From Bifidobacteriaceae bacterium (GTDB lineage: Bacteria > Actinomycetota > Actinomycetes > Actinomycetales > WQXJ01): a stretch of DNA of 38,334 nucleotides. Shown here in pieces: positions 17,966 to 26,601 of the stretch. A program made the translations under genes and the position numbers. The stretch lies in contig JAISBQ010000025.1 in the NCBI GenBank assembly GCA_031266115.1, positions 1 to 38,334 on the forward strand. Reading direction: 5' to 3'. The first letter of the stretch is position 1. Every line of letters begins with the position of its first letter. Below the pieces are notes generated by a model. It was not told the DNA's origin. It searched no databases and was given only the letters and a program-made list of their open reading frames with translations.

Positions 17966-18481
17966 GTGTTCGACATCAACGGGACCGAGGCGCTGGTGTT
18001 GCTGGTGTTGGCCTTGGGCCTCGTGGGTCCGGCACGGCTCCCCGACTACGCCCGGCAACTCGGCCGCCTCGCCCGGCGGGTTTCGCGCGCGGTTGGCGAG
18101 ACCAAGGACAAGGTGGAGGGCGAGCTCGGAGTTCAGCGCGGGACTGTCGACTGGGATGCCCTTGACCCGCGCCGGTATGACCCGCGGCGCATCGTCCGCG
18201 ACGCGCTGGCCGATGGCGCACCCACACCGCTCGCGAGCACACTCACCTCGCGCATGGGACCGGCATCGGCCGCTCGCCCGGTGCCCGCCCCGAGTCCACA
18301 CCCCGCCGCCGCTCGCCCGGCCTCACGCGACGTGGTTCCCGGTGAGGCGGATACGCAACCCCCAGCCCGACACTCGTCACACGGCGAGGCCCTCGGCGGC
18401 CGTGCGGCGGGCGGACCGGCGATCGTGGAGCGCGGCGACCGCGACGGCGAGCCCGTACAGGGCGCAGATCGGGATCGCTAG
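17966..18481 (+). CDS. tatB: Sec-independent translocase TatB (TatA/B family)
   Basis: ORF track 17843..18481. Start set to GTG 17966, giving VFDINGTEALVLLVLALGLVGPARLPDYARQLGRLARRVSRAVGETKDKVEGELG: the canonical TM helix, hinge GP, +LP and amphipathic helix. The Pro/Ala-rich tail overlaps the tatC 3' end. Confidence 0.6.
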   Translation: MFDINGTEALVLLVLALGLVGPARLPDYARQLGRLARRVSRAVGETKDKVEGELGVQRGTVDWDALDPRRYDPRRIVRDALADGAPTPLASTLTSRMGPASAARPVPAPSPHPAAARPASRDVVPGEADTQPPARHSSHGEALGGRAAGGPAIVERGDRDGEPVQGADRDR

Positions 18482-19162
18482 CACGAACATCGTCAACACG
18501 TCCGGCGACGGGGACGCCATCGCCGCAAACGCGAACGCGATGAACACCGCCCATCGCCATCCGCGGCCCCAGGTCGCCGCACTCACCACGCCTGCCAGAT
18601 TGAGCGCCACCATGAGCACCGGCACCAAGAAGGCCAACGCGAACGCCGCCATGAGCCGGATCACGAACGTCAGGTAGGACTGCGCGTCAATAAGATTGAC
18701 CGCATCGACCGGGGTAAACGCCGTCAACAATTCGACGGCATTGGGCAACACCCACCAGGCCAGGTAAGCCCCACCCAGAAAGAGCGGCACGGCCGCGGTG
18801 AGGAAACCCGCTGCGCGCCACTTCTCCTGGCGGCTGAGCGCCGGGCTGACAAAAGCCCACAGGTGGTACATCCACCACGGGCACGAGATGAGAAACCCCA
18901 GGAACATCGACAGTTGCAGCTTCAGATCGAACGAACTGGCCACCGTAGAGAAGTTCAGGGTGACAGCGGAGTCGTTCGCCACCGCGGCCCGCCGCAAAGG
19001 CTTCATGAGAACCCCAAGCAGCTTGTCGTAGACCAGCCACCCACCCACCGCCGCGACCACGATCCCAAGACCCGCCAGAAGAACCCTGCGGCGCAGTTCC
19101 ACGAGGTGGCCGCGCACCGGCATCGTGCCATCGCCCCCCACCCGGCGCTTCGTGCGAGCCAC
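18377..19162 (-). CDS. tatC: Sec-independent translocase TatC
   Basis: ORF track. GHLVELRRRVLLAGLGIVVAAVGGWLVYDKLLGVLMKPL plus six predicted TM segments. GTG 19162 lies 3 nt after the tatA stop. ATG 19123 (MPVRGHLVEL) is an alternative start. Confidence 0.9.
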   Translation of the reverse strand: MARTKRRVGGDGTMPVRGHLVELRRRVLLAGLGIVVAAVGGWLVYDKLLGVLMKPLRRAAVANDSAVTLNFSTVASSFDLKLQLSMFLGFLISCPWWMYHLWAFVSPALSRQEKWRAAGFLTAAVPLFLGGAYLAWWVLPNAVELLTAFTPVDAVNLIDAQSYLTFVIRLMAAFALAFLVPVLMVALNLAGVVSAATWGRGWRWAVFIAFAFAAMASPSPDVLTMFVLAIPICALYGLAVAVAALHDRRSARRTAAEGLAV

Positions 19163-19165
19163 GCC

Positions 19166-19453
19166 CTACCCGGACGTCGTGGCCGGGCCCTGCGGCGGTT
19201 CGCCCGCCGAACCACCACCCGAACCACCGCCCGTACCGCCGCTGGATCCGCCGCCTGCGTCACCCGCTGGTGCGCCGCCGTCGTCCGGCGCATCCTCATT
19301 CTTCGCGGTCAGGCCCTCGACCTCCTTCTTGAAGATCTTCAACGACTGACCCAGGGATTTCGCCAGCGCTGGCAGCTTGGTCGATCCCACCAAGAGCAGG
19401 ACGACGACGAGGATGAGGATGACATGGGAGGGTTGCAGGCCGTTGCGGAACAT
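19166..19453 (-). CDS. tatA: Sec-independent translocase TatA/E
   Basis: MFRNGLQPSHVILILVVVLLLVGSTKLPALAKSLGQSLKIFKKEV. A strong SD (AAGGAGG) lies 7 nt upstream of ATG 19453. Confidence 0.9.
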   Translation of the reverse strand: MFRNGLQPSHVILILVVVLLLVGSTKLPALAKSLGQSLKIFKKEVEGLTAKNEDAPDDGGAPAGDAGGGSSGGTGGGSGGGSAGEPPQGPATTSG

Positions 19454-19571
19454 GGGATAGGCCCTCCTTGGTGGTGGTCAGGTGCGCCCTATGCTAATTG
19501 CCCGCCGCCCCGGGTGGGGGCAGGCTCGGGCGGCAAGGCGCCGAAAGGCCTCCCAGGATGCTAGAGGTACA

Positions 19572-19639
19572 CCACGAAGTGTCCTCACCTATGCTTCGCT
19601 CCAGTCCGGTACTTCGTGGGAACCCCGAGGACTCCTCGG
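19572..19639 (-). terminator. structured hypC-tatA intergenic region: 9-bp inverted repeat plus a 15-nt palindrome
   Basis: ccacgaagt (19572-19580) pairs with acttcgtgg (19611-19619). The palindrome ccgaggaCtcctcgg (19625-19639) lies 34 nt downstream of the hypC stop. Confidence 0.25.
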
Positions 19640-19672
19640 CTCAAGTACGAGAAACCGAGACACCAAGGCGCC

Positions 19673-19894
19673 CTAGCCGCCGAGTTGGGCGAACGCCTCA
19701 AGCGACTCGGCCGCAGCCTGAGCGTCGAGTACCTCCACGGCAAACCCGCGCTGCACCAACACGTAGTCGCCAACCCTCGCCTGGGGGACGTAGGCCAGGC
19801 AGCACCGCTCAGGCCTGACCCCCTCGCCAAACCGGGCCATCGGCAGGGCGCCGGGAATGATCTCGACAATCTGCGCCGGAATCGCGAAACACAT
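19673..19894 (-). CDS. hypC: hydrogenase maturation chaperone HypC/HupF family
   Basis: ORF track 19673..19975 trimmed to ATG 19894, giving MCFAIPAQIVEI... (the invariant N-terminal Met-Cys), ...VGDYVLVQRGFAVEVLD. The start is 2 nt after the upstream gene's stop. Confidence 0.85.
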   Translation of the reverse strand: MCFAIPAQIVEIIPGALPMARFGEGVRPERCCLAYVPQARVGDYVLVQRGFAVEVLDAQAAAESLEAFAQLGG

Positions 19895-19896
19895 GG

Positions 19897-21204
19897 TTAG
19901 GTCCCTGCCTTTCGCGCCTGGGTCTCGACAACAATCCCCATCGCGCCCGGGGGCGCGGCGGTGCAGGGGAGACACGGATCCACGTCGCGGATCGCGGCCT
20001 CCACGGACCCGCCGTCCGCGAGTGGGCCGTTAGGCGGATCGCCGATCTCCTGACGCAGCAGGTCAGCCAACCACGGTTCGTTCTGGGCCGTCGGCGTGAG
20101 GACGATGGCGCCCCGCACCGTGCCAGCGTCGGTCACCTCGTAGCGGTGGACCAGCACGCCGCGCGCGCCGTCCACCCATCCCACACCGACACCGGCGCGC
20201 GGCTCGAGGCTCGGCCTCGCGGCCGCGATGTCGGTGTCATCCGGGTCGATGGCGTCGATCAGGCCGCTGATCGCCTCGACGGCGTGGACCGCCATCGTCG
20301 CCCGTGCCGCGAGGGCGCCGCCCCCGGCCGCGCGCCATTCGCGCTGAAGACCGGCCGCGCGGGGGGTCCGTAGCGTCCCAACGCGAAGCTGAGCCACGGG
20401 GCCTACCCGATAGCGACCCCGATCGGGCCCGAAGGCCGCCAGGTAGGGACGCGGGGCGGAGCTGGCGGGGATCTCCTCGGCCACCAGGGTGTCCCATTCG
20501 GCCGGTTCGGCGCGATCGACCAGCACAGTCCCGTCCGCGGCCACCGCCCTGAGGTGGGCGCCGAGGAGGTCAGGGGCGCCGGACGGGTCCACCAGCGCCA
20601 CGTCGGCACCCGAGAAGTGGGCCACACCGCCACCGGAGCGGTGGCCACGCGAACCATCCCGGTCGACCCTGTCGTCCAACGCCGCCTGGGCGAGGCGCTG
20701 GGCCGCGACCAAAGCCTCGGGGACTACCTCACGGCAGCGAGCGACGGCGTCCGGTGCGACGGGCGCGGCGATCCCTCCCACGATGGCGGTGACGGGAAAG
20801 TGTCCGGGCGACCCGGCGGCCACGGCTGCGAGCTTGGCAAGGCCGCGCAAGACCGCGGCGTCCGGGTCGCCGAGTGCGAACCTGGTCGCGTGGACGGCGA
20901 GGACCGAGCCATGGTGGAGGAGGCGGCGCACTATCTCGGCTGCCGGCGGGATCTCGACCACGCCGTGGAGCGCCTCCAGGGCCTGGATGCCCGCGAGGTG
21001 GTGAGCGGTGGGGCACACGCCGCACAGGCGCTCCACAAGCGCCGGTACATCCACCACCGGGCGGCCCGTCAGGATGGTGTCCACACGGGGCAGGCCAGAC
21101 ATGTCGAACCGCGCGGCCTGAACGGTGCCGTCCGGGCCGCGGTCCACCACGATCCGCGCTCCGGCGGGATCGAGGGCCGCGTCGAGAATGAGGCGTGTGG
21201 TCAC
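19897..21204 (-). CDS. [NiFe]-hydrogenase large-subunit-like paralogue (about 435 aa) with no partner small subunit
   Basis: ORF track 19897..21402. The Pro/Arg-rich first 66 codons overlap hypA on the other strand, so I set the start to GTG 21204 (VTTRLILDAALDP...). Motifs seen: ERLCGVCPTAHH, YRVGPVAQL, GVGWVDGARGVLVHRYEV, LTPTAQNEP and C-terminal DVDPCLPCTAAPP. Confidence 0.7.
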   Translation of the reverse strand: MTTRLILDAALDPAGARIVVDRGPDGTVQAARFDMSGLPRVDTILTGRPVVDVPALVERLCGVCPTAHHLAGIQALEALHGVVEIPPAAEIVRRLLHHGSVLAVHATRFALGDPDAAVLRGLAKLAAVAAGSPGHFPVTAIVGGIAAPVAPDAVARCREVVPEALVAAQRLAQAALDDRVDRDGSRGHRSGGGVAHFSGADVALVDPSGAPDLLGAHLRAVAADGTVLVDRAEPAEWDTLVAEEIPASSAPRPYLAAFGPDRGRYRVGPVAQLRVGTLRTPRAAGLQREWRAAGGGALAARATMAVHAVEAISGLIDAIDPDDTDIAAARPSLEPRAGVGVGWVDGARGVLVHRYEVTDAGTVRGAIVLTPTAQNEPWLADLLRQEIGDPPNGPLADGGSVEAAIRDVDPCLPCTAAPPGAMGIVVETQARKAGT

Positions 21205-21242
21205 GAGCCCGCCCCCGGATGGCGGTGTGCCACGATGATCCG

Positions 21243-21692
21243 GTGCACGAGCTGGGGCTGTTGCGGGAGGTGGTTGCGGCGGTGGAGCGCGAGGCCGCGC
21301 GGGCCGTCGTGGAGGCGCAGGCCGGGGCGGTCGCGGGTGCCGGCCTGGGGGCCGGGCGGGGCGCGGTGCGGGTCGAGGCGGTGGGGCTGCGCGTGGGGAC
21401 ACTCAGCGGCGCGGTCCCGTTGGCGCTGACCGGAGCGTGGCCGATCGCCATCGCCGGTACGGCCCTGCAGGGCGCCCGCCTCGACATCGAGGAGGTTCAG
21501 GCCACCGTCTGGTGCCCCGCGTGCGCGGGTGAACAGCCGGTGGACCAGTTCTATGCCCTGACCTGCCCCACGTGTGGCACGCCCAGCGGCCTGCTGGTGC
21601 GCGGCCGCGAGTTCGAGGTGGCGTACGCGGATCTCGACATCCCCGGGGCGTCCCATGGTGCCACCAAATACGTGACGCCCGACCGCGCTTAG
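21243..21692 (+). CDS. hypA: hydrogenase nickel-insertion protein HypA
   Basis: ORF track 21195..21692. Start set to GTG 21243 so the protein begins (M)HELGLLREVV, the essential Met-His-Glu Ni site. The zinc site is WCPACAG...CPTCG. ATG 21219 is an alternative start. Confidence 0.75.
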   Translation: MHELGLLREVVAAVEREAARAVVEAQAGAVAGAGLGAGRGAVRVEAVGLRVGTLSGAVPLALTGAWPIAIAGTALQGARLDIEEVQATVWCPACAGEQPVDQFYALTCPTCGTPSGLLVRGREFEVAYADLDIPGASHGATKYVTPDRA

Positions 21693-21753
21693 CTGGGAAG
21701 ACCGAAGCGATCCGGCAAGACGCGGCAGCCAGCACCCTGACTGTGGCATCACC

Positions 21754-22242
21754 TCACGCCCCCTGCTCAGGTACCTGGACGAGCCAGCGGTCCAGCATCT
21801 GGGCGGCCAGTTCCACCGCGCCGTCGACCGCCGCGGTGACGGACGCCGTCAGACCGAGGCGCATGCTCACGTCTTCGGGAACAATCCCCACCACGGCGAT
21901 CTCCTCCGGTTCGCTGGAAAGCAACCGGGCCGCGGCGAAGACATCGAGCAATCCCACCTGGTGGGGAGAAAGGCGCGAGGACAGCAGGCGGGGTAGCTGG
22001 TCGCCGCTCAGTTCCACCACCGCTCCGGGATACGGACCCGCCACCGCGTCGAGCACCAGGAGGCGATCGGCGGCCGTCACCACCGGCACCAGCGCCATCC
22101 CGCCGGTGCCGCCATCCACGTACTCGATCCGGGGGTCGGGGCGGACGGCAGCCAGGCGCCTCACCAGCTCGAGTCCGATGGCGTCATCGGCCATGATCGG
22201 ATTGCCGACCCCGAGCACGGTCACCGTGGCGGTGCCGGTCAT
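21754..22242 (-). CDS. hupD: hydrogenase maturation endopeptidase (HyaD/HupD family)
   Basis: ORF track 21754..22851 trimmed to ATG 22242, giving MTGTATVTVLGVGNPIMADDAIGLELVRRL...YVDGGTGGMALV...LSPHQVGLLDV. ATGA overlap with the hupC stop. Confidence 0.85.
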   Translation of the reverse strand: MTGTATVTVLGVGNPIMADDAIGLELVRRLAAVRPDPRIEYVDGGTGGMALVPVVTAADRLLVLDAVAGPYPGAVVELSGDQLPRLLSSRLSPHQVGLLDVFAAARLLSSEPEEIAVVGIVPEDVSMRLGLTASVTAAVDGAVELAAQMLDRWLVQVPEQGA

Positions 22243-23459
22243 CCGATTTCCGGCGCGTCCACAGGCTTGGCGCCTCGCCGCAGCCACACACCGCCGTTGA
22301 TCATGGAGGAAATGCCGCCGTGGCGTTCCAGCGAGTCGGCGCGGACAGCCAAATATACATGGACAATGACGAACGCCCACAGGCCGAACATCATCATCGC
22401 GTGGATGAGTCTGATGCCGGGAATTCCCAGCCAGTGCACGGGGGTGGACACCAGTGCCCAGAACGGACTGGTCTGGTGGTACAGCCCGTAGAGCGAGAAT
22501 CCGGTGATCATCTGCACTCCGCAGGCCACATAGACTCCAGCGTACGTGAGGTGTTGCAACGGATTGTGGGCCACGAATAGCGGGGATTCGGTCTTGATGA
22601 ATGCGTAGTACTGCATCACTCGGCCGAGGTTGCGGACATCCTGTTTGCGTTTCAAGGGCCACCATTCGGTCCACCGCAGGTGCTTGTCGCGGGACACGAA
22701 GGCCGAGACGACCCGACTCGCCCCGAGGAGTAACCAGACAAATCCCACCGTGACGTGGATGAACCGGACCACACCCATCTGGAACCCCGCCTCGGCGCCG
22801 GCATGGGCCTCGGGACCGAAGAACGGGTCCATGATGATGTAGCCGGTGCAACTCAGCACAAAGACGGCGGCAACGTTAAGCCAATGTTGGAGTCTCAGCG
22901 ACGCAGACCACACGGATAGGCGCACCCAATTCGCCGACCAGTGGTCCGGATCGCGTGTCGGCTTTCCCACACCGACTTCAACGAATCCTTGGAGCGCGAA
23001 CGGGCCGATGGTGCCGTCAGGGGCGAGGGAGGCCGTGGCGATAGCCAACGGACGCCATCCGTGTCGCCTGGCCCACGCGGCGTTCCGGCGGACGTTGGAG
23101 CGGTCTCCGCGAGAGATCGTGGTCTGGGCCATGACGCTTTCCATGGAGCCGCGCATGACCACCAGGTCCGCGGTTCCCTCATCGGTCAGGGGAAATCCCC
23201 GGACCAACCTCACACCGTGGCGACGCTCGCGGGTCGGTGGGTCCGCGTCGCGTGGGTCGATGGGTGGGGTGGCGAGGTCGGGCCATTCAGCATGGACAAG
23301 ATCGTTCAACGCGACATCGACGGGGTCGATGCTTCCGACGGGGGCCGCCGCCGCGAGCGCGATGACATGGCCCTCGTTGATCCGTCCCGCGGTGAATGCC
23401 CCACCGATGGTGAGCGTCGCGGGCGTCGCGGCACCGCTGACCGCGTGGGTGGCAGTCAC
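22239..23459 (-). CDS. hupC: Ni/Fe-hydrogenase b-type cytochrome subunit with a ~190-aa N-terminal extension resembling a P-type ATPase nucleotide-binding (N) domain
   Basis: ORF track 22239..23522. Start set to GTG 23459, a GTGA overlap with the hupL stop. The C-terminal ~215 aa (LRLQHWLNVAAVFVLSCTGYII...AHNPLQHLTYAGVY...IRLIHAMMMFGLWAFVIVHVYLAV) is the HyaC/HupC four-helix cytochrome b. See the findings for the N-terminal part. Confidence 0.8.
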   Translation of the reverse strand: MTATHAVSGAATPATLTIGGAFTAGRINEGHVIALAAAAPVGSIDPVDVALNDLVHAEWPDLATPPIDPRDADPPTRERRHGVRLVRGFPLTDEGTADLVVMRGSMESVMAQTTISRGDRSNVRRNAAWARRHGWRPLAIATASLAPDGTIGPFALQGFVEVGVGKPTRDPDHWSANWVRLSVWSASLRLQHWLNVAAVFVLSCTGYIIMDPFFGPEAHAGAEAGFQMGVVRFIHVTVGFVWLLLGASRVVSAFVSRDKHLRWTEWWPLKRKQDVRNLGRVMQYYAFIKTESPLFVAHNPLQHLTYAGVYVACGVQMITGFSLYGLYHQTSPFWALVSTPVHWLGIPGIRLIHAMMMFGLWAFVIVHVYLAVRADSLERHGGISSMINGGVWLRRGAKPVDAPEIG

Positions 23460-25195
23460 GATGCCACTGCCTGCACCACGTGGCCGTCGCCATCTAACAC
23501 ATGCACTGCACACGACATACACGGATCGAACGAGTGAATGGTGCGCAACGGTTCCAGCGGCTGCGCGGGATCGACCAACGGGTGTTGACCGTCGCCGGCG
23601 AGGGACTCCTCGTAGGGTCCTTGGTGTCCGTCGGCGTCACGGCCCCCGGCGAGCCAGGTGGTCGGCACGACGGCCTGATAGTGGGAGACCTTGCCGTCCT
23701 CGATCCCCACCCAGTGGCTCAGGTTGCCGCGTGCCACCTCGACAAACGACCGTCCACTCGCCGTCGCCGGCCATGATCCGGGTTCCCACTTGGTCCCGTC
23801 GAAGACCTCGATATCGCCACCCTTCAGGCGCTTGACGAATTCGGGGAACGTCCGCTGGGCGAGAATCTCCACCGAGGTCAGGCATTCGACGGCGCGCGCC
23901 AAGGTCCGCCCGGCAGTCGAGTTGAGCTGGTCGAGACTGATGCCGAGTGTGGTCGCCGCATCGTCAACGATGTCGACGGTACGCTCGTGCCCTTGGGCGT
24001 ATGCGAGCAAGACACGAGCGACGGGTCCCACTTGGATTGGCCTGCCGTCGTAACGAGGGGCCTTGCACCACGTGTATTCGGTGCCGTCGCCCAGCCACGC
24101 ATAGGGCGGCTTCGGACCGGTGTAGGCGACGGTAGTCTCCCCCACATCGGGGGTCAGGCCGACGTCTCCACCGCGGTACCTGTACCAGGCCGACGAAACC
24201 CATTCGGCGATCTTGGATGGATCGAAGGGATGGACGGTGGCAAAGTCACCGTCCAACAAGACGCCTGGCCGCACCTCGGTGTGGGCGTTCGCGACGGACG
24301 AGGCATCCGGATTCCCGGCGAAGGTCGCCCCGGCCATGCCGACGGCGAAGAAGTTCGGTTGGGCGGCCCCGATGTCGAAGTAGTCCTTGTACACACCGGC
24401 GATCGCCAACGCGTCCGGCACGTAGCACGCGGTGACAAACTCGACCGACTCCGCAATCCACTGGCCGATCTGGTCTATGTGAACCTGGTTGATCGACTCG
24501 CTCCGATTCGGATCGATGGTGCATGCCATGCCGCCGACGAGGAAGTTGGGGTGCGGGTTCTTCCCGCCGAACACCGTCCCGATCCGGATCATTGAACGCT
24601 GAAATTCCAACGCATCCAGATAGTGGGCAACGGCCATGAGGTTCGCCTCGGGGGGGAGCCGATAGTCCGGGTGGTCCCAATAGCCGCCGGTAAAGATGCT
24701 CAACTGACCTGAGGAAACAATGGCCTGAACCGTATCTCGCACCTCGGTCATGCGTTCGATGGTGTTGCCCTTCCATGTGGAGCCGATCTGGTGAGCAAAG
24801 TCAACGGCAGCCGCAGGGTCCGCGTCGGCAGCGGCCGCGACGTTGACAAAGTCGAGCGCGTGAAGGTGATAGAAGTGGATGACGTGATCCTGGACCTCCT
24901 GGGAGGCAAGAACCATGTCGCGGATCAGCCGCGCCTGGGGCGGAGGAACCGCGCCAATGGCGTTCTCCACGGCCGAGATCGACGCGATGGCGTGCACGGA
25001 CGTGCACACCCCACAGATCCGCTGGACAAAGGCCCACACATCTCGGGGGTCGCGCCCCAGCACAATCTCCTCCAGGCCGCGGAACTGGGTGGTCTCGCTC
25101 CAGGCCTTCGAGACTCGCCCCCCATCGGCCTCAAGCTCAATGCGCAGGTGGCCTTCGATGCGTGTAATCGGGTCGATGACGACGCGCTGTGCCAT
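23456..25195 (-). CDS. hupL: [NiFe]-hydrogenase large subunit, group 1 (membrane-bound uptake type)
   Basis: MAQRVVIDPITRIEGHLRIELE...FVQRICGVCTSVHAIASISAVENAIG...C-terminal HSFDPCMSCAVHVLDGDG. 579 aa. The ATG lies 3 nt after the hupS stop. Confidence 0.95.
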   Translation of the reverse strand: MAQRVVIDPITRIEGHLRIELEADGGRVSKAWSETTQFRGLEEIVLGRDPRDVWAFVQRICGVCTSVHAIASISAVENAIGAVPPPQARLIRDMVLASQEVQDHVIHFYHLHALDFVNVAAAADADPAAAVDFAHQIGSTWKGNTIERMTEVRDTVQAIVSSGQLSIFTGGYWDHPDYRLPPEANLMAVAHYLDALEFQRSMIRIGTVFGGKNPHPNFLVGGMACTIDPNRSESINQVHIDQIGQWIAESVEFVTACYVPDALAIAGVYKDYFDIGAAQPNFFAVGMAGATFAGNPDASSVANAHTEVRPGVLLDGDFATVHPFDPSKIAEWVSSAWYRYRGGDVGLTPDVGETTVAYTGPKPPYAWLGDGTEYTWCKAPRYDGRPIQVGPVARVLLAYAQGHERTVDIVDDAATTLGISLDQLNSTAGRTLARAVECLTSVEILAQRTFPEFVKRLKGGDIEVFDGTKWEPGSWPATASGRSFVEVARGNLSHWVGIEDGKVSHYQAVVPTTWLAGGRDADGHQGPYEESLAGDGQHPLVDPAQPLEPLRTIHSFDPCMSCAVHVLDGDGHVVQAVAS

Positions 25196-25198
25196 GGC

Positions 25199-26347
25199 TC
25201 ATTCCGCCTTTCCGTGGGGCTCGTCTCCGAACGCGTGCAACGGCTCGCCTTCCTCCGACTTGCGACTCGCCGCATGGCGGATCGCGGTGAGGCCGGCATG
25301 GACCGCGACACCGGCCACGGTGGCCCCCACCAGTCCCCATCCGATCTTTTCCGCCGTCGCCTCGACGCCGAAGCCCCGAACATTGGGCAGCACCTGGTAG
25401 AACGGCGTAAACCTGTCGAAGAAGTCCTTCTCGGTACATCCGATACACGGATGGCCTGCACCAATCGGCCAGCTGGTATGGAGATTCCACTGGAAGACGG
25501 GGCATGCGCTGAACGTGCTCGGCCCCTTGCACCCCACCTCGTACAGACACCACCCGTTGCGGGCGGCCTCATCGTCGAAGGACCGAACATACTGGCCAGC
25601 GTCGAAGTGTGCCCGCCGAGGGCACGAATCATGGATCCGCTGGTCATACGCGAACAAAGGGCGGGATTCGGCGTCGGTCTTGGGGACGTCATCGTGCATG
25701 AGGAGATAGGCAACCGTTGCCGTGATCACCTCGCCGATCGGCGGGCACCCAGCCACATTGATGACCGGCTTGTCGCGGATGATCGCGTCCACACCCACCG
25801 CGCCGGTGGGATTGGGCCGGGACGCCTGGACCGACCCCCACACCGCACAGGCGCCGACCGCGAGAATCGCCGTGGCATTCTCGGCGGACGTGCGCAAGAC
25901 CTCTTCAGCGGATTCGCCGCCGATGGTGCAGTAGATGCCGTCATCCTTCAGGGGGATAGAGCCGTTCACCACGAGGATGTGCGGCTCGGCGTTGGTGTCC
26001 GCCAGGGCCTTGTTGGCACCATCACCGGCGGCGGCCATGACCAATTCGTTGTAGTTGACCGACAGCAGCCGCAGCACCACCTCTTCCACCGTGGTCCCGC
26101 CGGACCGCAACGTCGATTCCATGCAGCCTGTGCATTCTTGGAGTTGCAGCCACACCACGTTCGGCTTGGTGACGGCGGCCAGCTTGTCCGCGATGTCCTC
26201 GGCGCTCGCCCTGGGCGCTCCCGCACCAAGCGCGAAGAACCCGGCCAGCGCCCCGCAGAACGCCAGGAAGTCCCGCCGTGTGACCCCCGCTCGAGCGAGA
26301 TTCTCACCGAGTGTCGGCTCGGCCCACACGTCCACTGGATTTGCCAT
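25199..26347 (-). CDS. hupS: [NiFe]-hydrogenase small subunit with Tat signal peptide and C-terminal membrane anchor
   Basis: ORF track 25199..26563 trimmed to ATG 26347 (GGGGG SD upstream), giving MANPVDVWAEPTLGENLARAGVTRRDFLAFCGALAGFFALGAGAPRASA (twin-arginine signal). FeS cysteine motifs are present (ECTGCMES, GCPP). The C-terminal TM is GLVGATVAGVAVHAGLTAI. Confidence 0.9.
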   Translation of the reverse strand: MANPVDVWAEPTLGENLARAGVTRRDFLAFCGALAGFFALGAGAPRASAEDIADKLAAVTKPNVVWLQLQECTGCMESTLRSGGTTVEEVVLRLLSVNYNELVMAAAGDGANKALADTNAEPHILVVNGSIPLKDDGIYCTIGGESAEEVLRTSAENATAILAVGACAVWGSVQASRPNPTGAVGVDAIIRDKPVINVAGCPPIGEVITATVAYLLMHDDVPKTDAESRPLFAYDQRIHDSCPRRAHFDAGQYVRSFDDEAARNGWCLYEVGCKGPSTFSACPVFQWNLHTSWPIGAGHPCIGCTEKDFFDRFTPFYQVLPNVRGFGVEATAEKIGWGLVGATVAGVAVHAGLTAIRHAASRKSEEGEPLHAFGDEPHGKAE

Positions 26348-26601
26348 GCGATGCCCCCTGAACCTCGTCGATTCACCCGGTACCGCCATCGGCGCCGGAC
26401 CTGAGTCCGCGCGGCATTCTGAGCACGCGCGTGTGTCCGATGCTAGCAATGCCTTCGGCTCCCGGGAGGGCAGGTGGTCCCACGCGATTTGCTGCTCCCC
26501 GAGGCCGGAGGTTCGCGTGGGTACGCCGCTGGGCCGGGGCGCCGCGACCAGAGCGGTGGCCACCGGGGTTGACGTGCCGCCCCGTCATGCCGCCCCGCAC
26601 G

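Noticed and set aside
19897-21402. The full-length 501-aa version of the large-subunit-like ORF, with a Pro/Arg-rich 66-aa N-terminus.
   Set aside because: The extension (PRPAPRPARPPGRHPRPPRPAPP...) overlaps hypA on the other strand and has no counterpart in hydrogenase large subunits. GTG 21204 begins exactly where homology begins.
24791-26404. A 537-aa plus-strand ORF across hupL/hupS.
   Set aside because: It is antisense to two unmistakable hydrogenase subunit genes and has a low-complexity translation.
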